A DNA stretch of 64,000 nt from Glycera tridactyla (taxonomy: Eukaryota), in the NCBI GenBank assembly GCA_965644265.1, contig OZ286462.1:74338001-74402000 (forward strand), written 5' to 3'. The notes beneath the pieces were generated by a model. That model was not told where the DNA came from. It worked only from the letters and a program-made list of their open reading frames with translations, and made no database searches. The stretch's first letter is position 1; the number at the start of each line of letters is the position of its first letter. The translations under genes and the position numbers were made by a program. Shown here piece after piece: positions 13,229 to 23,705 of the stretch.

Positions 13229-16200
13229 TTTGACAGATTGATCTGTCTCATTAATCCGAAGTTTGATGACTTTGGTCTTGTCCTTTATATGAGATCTTAC
13301 ATAGACCACATGCGTTAGCTACATATCCCTCGATCCCAACGCTTGCCCACTTGTGATTTAGATGTCCATTCAGAGCAGGTGCAGATATGGCAATTTACAA
13401 GACTAAGAAAGATAGTCTTTAGAACATTCTTTGAGTCCTCCAAATTGATGGTATTGTGATTGGACCGTCTTCAAGATGAAATATGCATGCTTAATCTTAT
13501 CATTTTGCCATGTCAGGGCATATGTCGGAACCCTGAGATTCTGATGAGTCCAACCTGAAGCCACGGAATATTTATCGATCTGCTTTCGTAATGACCTCAG
13601 AAAATCGCTATGGACCACCCTGTCGATGACAATCCCTCTATTTGTTCGCCCATGCGTCTATGGGCTCTGGGAATGTTGCATTCAAGAGAACAGTGTGACA
13701 AAGATTGTCCATTTCCAAGCTCAACGTGAACATGAACTTGAACATCCCAAATTGCAAGTTGTAAAAGATCTTAGATATGACCTCCACAGTTCTATCACGT
13801 AGCACTTTTTGGAGGGGGGGTTATGATGACAAGTAAACTGTTTGACATGAGGCCATACGCGCAAGAGCCTTAGGTATACGTGTGTGAAGACAGCAGGTCA
13901 ATATTTGAAATAGTGTTTGCATGAAACGAAGAAGATGTCGGCTGGCTTTGACGAGTAAAATGCTAGACTGCGTCTCAGACACGTGGTTTCCGCAAACAAG
14001 CCCTTCGCCTGTCGGAGCTGAATTGGCCAATTTCGTCGTTAAAGCAGCCAACTTCCATCAAAGGAATATGCAGGATGTGATGGTTGGTTGCTTAATTAAC
14101 GTCACGTCATTGCCATATGTGCTATATTGTGACGCCCATGCAATGGGCATGCGTGGCATTGTTCAAGTCTTGCTCTGGTACCACGAAAGAAGGTGGAAAT
14201 TCATGAAATTCACAGACCCCAACATCTGGTGGTATCATAGAGATCTCCAAAAAGATTTCATTCCCAATGCAACTTGTCCACGATCAACCAAGAACCAGCC
14301 AATGAGGCAAGAGCCAATAATACGACCTTGTGGTTTTCATTTTGGAACTCAATTCTGAAATGTCGTTTGACCCTGTTATGATCAGTGACCTAATAGGATT
14401 CACCTATTATTTTGCGAAGACTCACTGAACCGACTGAATGTCTGTATTCTCAGAGGGAATGGGCACTAAATCAGATTAATGGCAGAAAAAACTTTTCATA
14501 ACAGCATTCCCTTCTCAATATTAATTCCGATAGTGCAGGTCAGTATGAGCTCGATCACTTCATGATGAAATTCGTTCATGTCGTTTATTTTGTCAATTGC
14601 TTCGCCCACCTGTTTTGCAGGCAATGTAATGAGTCAGAGATTCAATTAAGTTATTGAGAAAGGATACGAGGGAATGGCTGGCGTCTAGACATTCCGGGTC
14701 TGATGTGTGAGTCAGTCTTTGCTGATCGTAATAGTGGCGCTTATTGCGGTCGTTCTATTCGCGTATCCACATTCAATATTGATATAAATCTTCAGAAAGG
14801 GATGGTATGGAGCGAGTGTTGATATAATATTGTCGGCCAATGACGTCTTTTATGAGTGGCTTGCTGGCATGGTCGCGGTGGTGGCTGCTCATGCATTTAT
14901 TGTGCTGTCGATCATACTTCAAAGTCAACGTCAAATAACAGTTCTATTATCCATACTTTTGCAGGTTATACAATGAGGAAAACACATAGCTCCTCTTGTC
15001 TGGGTGTATACTGTGACATCTCCGTTTGGGGAAGCAATATAAGGATGGAAAGGATAGCTATATGAAGCAGAAAAGTCATAATCAGATCACCTTGTGTGAA
15101 ATCAGTATGGCATCTCTGCATGAAATCAGTGCGACATCATCATGACGTCATACATTATCATGGTTGCCTTTTTAGGTACGTAGCTTTGTATTGAGGTGAT
15201 CCCTTTCGAGTTCGACTGTAGTCGGACGACCGAGTGTCAGAATCAATATGCGACGTTTGTGCCTGGTGATTCCAACAAATACATGTTCTTCAATGTATTC
15301 TGCCCTAACTTCATCCACTGGATTTCATAAGCGTGAGTCCCCTAGGTGGATACTCGATTCTTCATCGTTATAGAGAAACCGAATACCTACATTCGGCAGG
15401 TTGGTTGGTTGCTATTTTTCGGCCTGAGCCTTTGGACATGACGTAATCTGACTTCTCTGGACAGTGCATGTTTGTTATATTTGCCTCCTCGCATACCAGT
15501 AGAGCTGAAAAAAGTCGGCCACTTCAAGAATGAATTATGCTGGTTGGGAACACAAGGCGGAGCAGTCGTTTGGATAAAATGGATCAGTATTCAAACAATG
15601 CTATCAGCTTCCAGCTTGGATGTACACATGAACATGTGATGCATCCATCGATATGGCTGGTGTAAGGGTAGTGATGGTGATAATGAATGTGTATGATATT
15701 GTTAAGGTCACCACGGCTTACAAAAGCCTGTTGGATTTCAATACACTCGAAATAAGATGTGCAGGAGAAACTGATTATTTCCTGATGGAATGAGGATTAC
15801 AGGCATTGAATAGGAAAGTCAGGTGTGAGGTCGACATTTTCACTGGGTCTGATGAAGTTGGGATCCTATTACATGATTCAGGTCGCAGTCGATAGGTCTA
15901 GTGCCATTGTCCTCTGTTCCGAGATCTCTTCCGAAATTCCAGAAACCATCTTGCAAAAAGACTGACTAATGGGAATTCTTGCAATCCCATCTGCTCCCTA
16001 TGCTCTTCCAGGAGTAGAAATTGTGGATGTAGATCATCACAGGGTCACCTATGCCTGCTGCATGTCGATATATGAGAAAACTTCTGCTGACTCACTAGTT
16101 GGCCATCTACAGTTCAGGGAGAAAACTATACATCTTGGGTCAGGTTGCAGCCCTAATGAGGGCAGTGACAGTTATGTCACAATCGGCTCCTCACGAAGAG

Positions 16201-19200
16201 AGAAGGCTAGGATTGGCATGCAGTTTTTGGTTGCAGAGGTTGAGAAGACGAAGCAGAGTAATGGTTATCTCAATGGTTATCTCAATGGGCTGGTCGCTGG
16301 ATGCTTACATCATGTGACAGCAATCCATATGTGTCAATATTCTTTATGTACACATCAAACTACTATCAAACTATGACCTAGTCATGCGTCAGCTTGCTCT
16401 GATTGTTGCTCCCGTCTTGTCTGCACAATTCGGGCCATCTAGTGAGGACTCTACAATGTGCATGGATAGAGATCACATGATAATAATCCTCATTAGGGAC
16501 ACTACAAGAATCACTCTATCTCTTATTATTTGAGTACATTTGCTAGCAGAATGTGCTACAGAGTGCATGGCCATTCTTCTCCTATTGGCAAGGCCCAAGT
16601 CACAACTTGTTCACTACCATATGTGATCACCTCGGGACCTATCTTCCTGTGACACATCAAACATTCTTGATGAGGTTCATGTGAGATACATCTCTAATAT
16701 AGACATGCTGCAATCTTCAATATTATGTGTAGATCTGACATGCCGGGAATTCAATCATGACCCTCGACACAAAGACAGGTAATGCAACAATGTTAGTCCA
16801 TATTGAGTACTTTCAATATAGTCGCCTGTCTTGGTCTTGATATAAGATACATAATGCTATGGGGAAAGAAAAGATTGATGCATTTGACATTCTTGACATT
16901 CAGAGTGAATGTCAGGCTCAAGATCTTTTTTCCACAACTAGACCATTTCAGCATATCCATGATCATCTTTTCTAAACTGGATCTGCAACATGGTGAATGA
17001 TATTTTTGCCATTATAGATGTAACTGTTCTCCACTATATTACAGTTATCTGAGATTCACCGTCGAATTTCCTCTTATCCGGATTGGTCTTTGCGATAATT
17101 GTTCCTAATCCGTTCTGCCAAAATAATTTGATCTTTCGTGGAAATTGGGCAGATGAGCAATTATTACAAGCCACTGATAGATGATGACCGGAGAACACTG
17201 CTCAGTTGAGATAGCCTCATCATAGCTACACGATTTTGGCCCCATGAGATTGCATGGCAGGACCAGCCAGTGGGACACAATCCATTCTACCGGAGCTTCA
17301 TGTACTTTTGCTTCTGAGCCTGGTGTCCACGTGAGCAGTCCATGTAGATGGTGTCCACGTAGCAGTCATGATATGACGACTACACTGTGTGGCATCAATT
17401 AGATGTTCCTCCCAGCATGAGCGACATCCGCATTGCTACAGATCCAAGCCTAATCAATGGCTGATGGTGGCAGCTGCTTCAACAGGCGGATGCGATTAAC
17501 TGAGAGCAAATCATTCCTGGCAGCGTGCAGAACCTCGGAAATAAGGTGTGATTGTGCGAGGAATGCACTCCAGTTGAGCCATTGAGACTATGACCGGCAC
17601 TTGGTGACTATAGCATGGCGACTATAACATGCCAAACATAGGCATTGAGAGTCTAGTCATGTGCGACCCGGATTCACAGATTACAAAACCTTCATCCATA
17701 CTCAAGAGGAGGTAATCAAGCTAACACGTGTTCTGCACTTGACCCCCCCCCAAAAAAAAAAAAATAAATAAATAAATAAACAAATAGATAAATAATAATA
17801 TTAATGATAGAATAAATAAGATGAAATAGTATAAAATGAATAAAAAGATCAAACAAACAGAACATCATTGGAGCGTAGCAAACCTTCTGAGCAATAGATT
17901 CTCGCCCATCATTGATCAGATGCCAATCATTGATAACGAATATGTACTCTCGATATACACTCGGACCTGTATGATAGTCCATGTAATCACAGAAGCACTA
18001 TGCCTACTAGGACCACCAGTGAAAAGGCTGTGATCGAATTGAATTGAAACGTCTATTTGTGCACAGAAAAAGTAAAAGTAACTCTGTTTTTTTCTGTTAG
18101 GGCCCAAAATTTATGACAAATACATATATATATATATATATATATATGTACATAATCCATAGTGAATTAACAGTTGAAAACAAAATAGCAAAGTAGAAGT
18201 TGCACTTTCCCACTGACATACGGATATTTATGTACATGATGTTGATGTCAGACCATGATATTGGCAATATATTCAGATGATGATATGCGATTCGAGTTAC
18301 AATCTTTCTGACAATAGTTCCACCAGTAGCTACAAGACATTTAGTCTGTCAACTCAAACCCTTAATCTAACACATGTACCAATAACCTGGGCAGCATCCT
18401 GTCCGGATGAATCTCATGGAACATGGAAGAATGATGTTCATTGCCATTCGTTCTTTTCCCAATACTGGTTCATCAGGTAATTCCAGTATACAGTAGACAT
18501 TTTCTAAACAGAAAAAGGATCCAGCATATTCAGACTTGAACATGTTCTCGATGCCCCGTCGGTGATGTGAGATACGTTATCAGTGTGTCCTTGTATCAGC
18601 CAAGGTTGGGTATAGATCTGTCGACCCCTGAGAGCTCATTCCACTACCGTACCTCGCAGTTTTCACAGAGAAATTAAATGGGTAAATACCCCCTTTTTCC
18701 TTCTCCAATTACAACATAAAGTTCTTAGATAATTAAGGGTATCAACAGCTGTCTCTAGGTACAAGTTGAATATATGTGCATAAATGAGTGAGTGAGAGTT
18801 TATTTATTTAGGACATGTCTGAGTGAGAGATAGGGAATAAATGTTTATTACTTAGGATATGATTGAGAGAGTGCCTGAGAGAGTGATTGAGTGACTACCA
18901 GAGAGAGGTGGAACTTGTACCTAATGTATATACACTGTGAATAACATTTGTGTACTATATTTATTTGTTTCTCGTGTGTGCTGTATAAATCCATTTGGAT
19001 AATTGCACATTGTAAATATGTTACTCACGAGGGTAAATAAAGTTTACTGAATTGAATTAGATGTGGTATTTGCTACAAAGTGGTAGTTGTGGCGCCAGTA
19101 CTGCACCTAAGCGGAGAATTGAAGAGATCATTATATAGTCTATTCAGAATGTCGGATGACATCTCGCCCTGATTTTGTGGAATTCAACCAGGCTATGCTA

Positions 19201-19600
19201 TTCACTAGGTTCCTCCTGTGAATTAACTGTGGCCATATAATGCAGGACTTGGACATCGCCCTCACATCACACATCAAGGCGACTCTGATTCTTTTGACCA
19301 ATCGATCGAATGAACCTATCTAAAAAGACATCAGCGTACGTTGAAAAGGCAGTATAGAATAATTAAGGAGGTAGACCGCATCGGTAGAAAGAGGATTCAC
19401 ATAGGAAGCAATCTCATACAAAGGGCCACCTGCGATCTTGAGTCGTGGTCGATAAGTTTGACTGTAAACAGATACCCCTAATAACCCATCTGTTCTCTCC
19501 GGATAGATACTGCACATCAATGACCAAGAACAGGTCTCTAATAACCCATCTGTTCTCTCCGGATAGATACTGCACATCAATGACCAAGACTGTAAACAGG
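13229..19600. repeat. Tandem segmental duplication, copy 2 (about 6372 bp)
   Basis: Near-identical to copy 1, with roughly two dozen substitutions by eye (mostly transitions) plus microsatellite length differences. Confidence 0.95.
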
Positions 19601-20116
19601 TCCCTAATAACCCATCTGTTCTCTCCGGATAGATACTGCACATCGATGACCAAGACTGTAAACAGGTCCCTAATAACCCATCTGTTCTCTCCGGATAGAT
19701 ACTGCACATCAATGACCAAGACTGTAAACAGGTCCCTAATAACCCATCTGTTCTCTCCGGATAGATACTGCACATCAATGACAAAGACTGTAAACAGGTC
19801 CCTAATAACCCATCTGTTCTCTCCGGATAGATACTGCACATCAATGACCAAGACTGTAAACAGGTCTCTAATAACCCATCTGTTCTCTCCGGATAGATAC
19901 TGCACATCAATGACAAAGACTGTAAACAGGTCCCTAATAACCCATCTGTTCTCTCCGGATAGATACTGCACATCAATGACCAAGACTGTAACAGGTCCCT
20001 GATAACCCATCTGTTCTCTCCGGATAGATACTGCACATCGATAACCAAGACTGTAAACAGGTCCCTAATAACCCATCTGTTCTCTCCGGATAGATACTGC
20101 ACATCAATGACCAAGG
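19461..20116. repeat. 66-bp minisatellite, about 10 units
   Basis: Unit CTAATAACCCATCTGTTCTCTCCGGATAGATACTGCACATCAATGACCAAGACTGTAAACAGGTCC; gives the 22-aa periodic ORFs at 19320-20209. Confidence 0.97.
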
Positions 20117-20806
20117 GAAGTGATTCCTCCATTGGACGGCAGTATGAAAATGTCTAAATATATCAACAACGATGCTGCATGTCATCATTTTGGAAAATCC
20201 CAATATCATGTGTTGCCGTGGATGTAATGTCGTAAAAGCCTCCCTCCCTTTCTACATATTATGAGTTGTGTTGAAAGCCCCAGCGAAAAATTGTGAGACA
20301 AGCAGAATTTCCTCTGATCGGACCTGCCATCTCTTATTAGGCAACCCCCTATCTAGCAGCCACTCAAGTCTCTAGTATCGTCAGAATCTAGATATGAAAC
20401 CCAAATCAGACTCATCTGGGAAAAGCTGATGAAAAACGTGACATTTGCTGGGAGGAGAGAGTTGTCTGTATAACGCTGCTGACGTCATTGCAGGCCCGTT
20501 TCATCCAGTTGTAAGTTGATGTGAATGTGAAATACACTCGTTCCCCATGCTGGTTGCTTTGAGATAGACAAATATATCAGGATACCCCTTCGATGTTATG
20601 TATGTCCTCTCAAATGGCCATGGAATCGTCCCATGAATGATTCAAAATGCCATCCACTGATAATTCAGTAGTAAATGTGGCGGGTATACTTCACATGACA
20701 AATTTGCCATTTTTTGTTTGATCTGTGTTTTAATGGCCCTAATCTATGGTGTAGGTCTTCCGGTGATCTTCTCTCACGACCAATGCCATTTTGAGGGAAG
20801 ATAGGG

Positions 20807-20857
20807 GGGGTGAGAGATCACCCGTTATCTCTCACCCCCAAAGTGATCTCTCACCCC
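20807..20857. repeat. Left-end inverted repeat, 15-bp perfect arms GGGGTGAGAGATCAC / GTGATCTCTCACCCC, with a third partial arm in the loop (20827-20839)
   Basis: Arms at 20807-20821 and 20843-20857 are exact reverse complements. Confidence 0.9.
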
Positions 20858-20906
20858 TGCTTCGGTTGTTTCCGTGTGCGAGCCGAACATCGCCGAACGT
20901 TCGCTA

Positions 20907-20951
20907 TTAGCGCGTGTGCGCGGACTTACAATGGACGCGCACACGCGTTAA
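20907..20951. repeat. Inverted 16-bp arms (1 mismatch) around a 13-bp spacer; candidate recombinase-binding site
   Basis: TTAGCGCGTGTGCGCG-gacttacaatgga-CGCGCACACGCGTTAA. The structure is seen; the function is inferred. Confidence 0.8.
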
Positions 20952-21167
20952 AAGCATGCACACGCTCACGCGTACTATGTTTAAGACGTTAATTAATGCT
21001 TCTCGTGCGTTTTTACTGTTCTTTCTTGTTATGTCTACTTTGCTGGAATATAAATGATGATTTTATAATAAAAGCACGAATGTTCTCGGGATTTATCACG
21101 TCCGTCTCGCAGTCTAGCAGACGAATCGTTCGAGCTGTCAAATGTTTCGCCACTGAAGCTTTCTATT

Positions 21168-21243
21168 ATGAGTGAACCAAACGATTTCGGACAAGTATTC
21201 TCAATGGATCTTCCACCAGAATTATTCGAAGTGTTCGGAGAAG
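21168..21243 (+). CDS. Exon 1 of the tyrosine recombinase gene (MSEPNDFGQVFSMDLPPELFEVFGE + 1 nt)
   Basis: ATG at 21168, donor AAG|GTAAGG at 21244, acceptor TTTCAG| at 21447; the phase-1 join G+AA gives Glu, in frame with the ATG at 21450. Confidence 0.7.
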
Positions 21244-21447
21244 GTAAGGAACATAACGTGTGCATTTTTTAACCATCGATTTCCGATTTCTTTCGCTTTG
21301 AAGACTGCATATCGCCTGTGTTTACGTTTGAGCGTGCTAGGATGCCAGCGCGCACGCGTGTGCATATCGACAACACGTAAGTACAAATAACCATGCCATA
21401 TCGCCGATTTTGGTCTTAAAATGATCATTGATGTACATATGTTTCAG

Positions 21448-22898
21448 AAATGGACGGTGAGGACACCGTGGAAGACGTGTGTGAGTCTGAGACAAGCCGA
21501 AAGACAGGAACTATATTCGATCAGGTCGGAGTCACGGAGGCCGATTCACCAATGGCAAATCCCACGTTGGGCCCGTCTACATCCGCAGCCGGCTCCGCTG
21601 ATGCTAGGGCAACCATGAGAGCGGAAATCCGTGACTACATATCGAGTGGAGATGCACCCAGTACGAAGAGGAAAGTGGAATTAACCGTTCGCAAATTCCA
21701 GCGATATATCAGTGAAAGTGGAGAGAAAAAAACACTTGAAGAACTAGATACAGAGTATATAGATATGATGCTGGCACTTTTCCTTAAGACAATGAAAAAA
21801 AATGATGGAGAGTTGTATGAGCCAGTGACATTGCAGGGGTACTCGTCATGTATAAGAAAGTATGTGTGTGAAATCAGGGATGGGGTTGATGCTGAGAAAG
21901 ATTTCCCCCTCTCCAAGGGTGCTCTCACTGCTCGAAAAAAGGAACTTAAAGGTATGGGGAAAGGTAACAAACCTCATCGTGCTGCCTGTCTATCAATTGA
22001 ACAAGAAGAGAAATTGTGGTCCTCAGGGGCATTAGGTGACAGTGACGCGGAAACACTTGTGAATACCATATGGTATTTGACCACCAAGCTACTTGGCTTT
22101 CGAGGAAGTCACGAAGCTCGTCAATTGCAAATTGAAGACTTGAATCTTGTGAATGAAAATGGGGAAGAGTATGTGGCATTTAATGAGAGAGTAACTAAGA
22201 CAAGAACTGGTTCGACATCTGATTGTCGTGAATTTATGCCGAAGATGTACAAAAATGAGACAGACCCATCAAGATGCCCTGTGCTTTTGTTCAAAAAGTA
22301 TGTTTCTTTGAGACCAGTACATGACACCTGCCCTGCATTTTTCTTGTCTGTTAATCATAATTCAAACGCCAAGCAATGGTTCCTTGACGGACCGATGGGA
22401 AAGAACAGGTTGACCGATATGATGAAACGAATTTGTCGAAAAGCTGGTGTAGAAGGTAACTTCACAAACCATTCCGTCCGCCGTACCATGGCCACCCAAT
22501 TGTTGAATTCGCACAGGTTTGATAGTGTAACAGTGAGCCAGTTGACGGGACATAAAGACCCTCACAGTCTCAAGCAATATATGGTGGCGTCAAACATGAC
22601 ACAGAAGGCCATGTGTAATTTTCTGCAGGCACCCTCTGAAACCCCAACCGCCCCTTCATTAAGACCAGTTCTCTCACATCCCCCTCTTCATGAAATAGAA
22701 GGTAATGATGAACCCAACCTGATCTCCACAGATGACAACAGTGTTGTTCCTGCTGTTCCTGTTGTTCCTGCGAAAGCACCACGTCTACAAGCAACTTCAA
22801 CTGTGTCCAGCATGTCATCACAAAAAAGTGTGGTGAGTGGTGCTTATAGTGAGAAGTACCGGCGGGGTGAGATCGGCGTTTTTCCCAACGAGGTCTGA
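21448..22898 (+). CDS. Crypton-type tyrosine recombinase (DUF3504-like, same family as the ZMYM/QRICH1/KCTD1 domains), main exon; about 508 aa spliced
   Basis: 482-aa uninterrupted ORF with family motifs YEPVTLQGY, EEKLWSSGALG, LLGFRG, KTRTG, DPSRCPV, GKNRL, NHSVRRT, LTGHKD, SLKQY. Catalytic R218, H341, R344, H368 and Y377 (ORF numbering) are present. Confidence 0.93.
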
Positions 22899-22980
22899 CT
22901 CCGGCCCCTGGCAGTCCCGAGGCCGCAGGCCGAGGGACTGCCGGGGGCCGGAGTCAGACCGAGTTGGGAAAAACAAGCCG
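22844..22980. repeat. 137-bp inverted repeat, left copy ('flip' isomer of the hairpin)
   Basis: Reverse complement of 23569-23705 with 2 mismatches; internally palindromic with GA/GA bubbles and a GGCC-GCA-GGCC tip. Confidence 0.95.
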
Positions 22981-23085
22981 GTTAGCTCTTGGGAACAAAT
23001 ACAGAACAGTTCTGCTTGACATTGTATCTCTAATGTGACCTGCCCCGGTTGAAAGCCACCGTGTTATTGTTTTGTTGAAGTCGGA

Positions 23086-23125
23086 TTAACGCGTGTGCGT
23101 CAGCATGCTATTAACGCGTGTGCGC
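23086..23125. repeat. Tandem TTAACGCGTGTGCG pair; inverted homologue of left-end 20937-20974
   Basis: Copies at 23086-23099 and 23111-23124; the reverse complement aligns to 20937-20974 at 33/38 positions. Confidence 0.85.
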
Positions 23126-23542
23126 ACACACTCTGTTGACTCCGGCCAAGAAATCAGGACTGCCATCATTCTAACAAACAAATATCGGCACTCACCTTGT
23201 ATTCCTGATTGACAAATGTTGTTCATATGTTCCCGTCATTGTCAGTAATAAATGTTCGTGTTGTAAGATGTCTTTGACCTGTTTTTCATGCGTAAAATCC
23301 ATTATTTGCTTCAACTTGTGCGTTAGAATCCCGAGACATGCTCCTCGTGACGTTGCACATGTGAACTGACCCACATTAGACGAGTAAGTAGTCCGCGGTC
23401 TAGTCAGAGCCGCTTCACGCTATTATTACGCCACCTCGGTCTCACACACACACACACGCTCGCATTTTCTGGCTCCGGCCTCAAACAGTTGTCAAAACGT
23501 GGCCGGAGTTTTTCTCAGTTCATTATAAAGTCGTGAGAGAAA

Positions 23543-23705
23543 AGTGAGAAGTACCGGCGGGGTGAGATCGGCTTGTTTTTCCCAACTCGGTCTGACTCCG
23601 GCCCCCGGCAGTCCCTCGGCCTGCGGCCTCGGGACTGCCGGGGGCCGGAGTCAGACCTCGTTGGGAAAAACGCCGATCTCACCCCGCTGGTACTTCTCAC
23701 TATAA
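23543..23705. repeat. 159-bp imperfect palindrome ('flop' isomer), including the right 137-bp inverted repeat
   Basis: AGTGAGAAGTACC...GGTACTTCTCACT folds end to end with G/T, TTG/C and two TC/TC bubbles and a GGCC-TGC-GGCC tip; outer flanks TTATA / TATAA. Confidence 0.95.

Larger units (their letters stand above)
20803..23705 (+). mobile_element. Crypton-type tyrosine-recombinase DNA element with structured ends (boundaries approximate)
   Basis: Intact YR gene, no RT/RNase H, CpG-rich relative to flanks, hairpins at both flanks sharing GGGGTGAGA(GA)TC and TTAACGCGTGTGCG motifs. Confidence 0.75.

Noticed and set aside
19320-20209. 185-270-aa repetitive ORFs; superficial CRISPR-like look
   Set aside because: Head-to-tail 66-bp units with no unique spacers and no cas genes; the ORFs follow from a unit length divisible by 3.
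21635-23700. Short antisense ORFs over the YR gene and the similar ORFs 22837-23019 and 23515-23700
   Set aside because: Shadows of the YR ORF and of the GC-rich inverted repeats.
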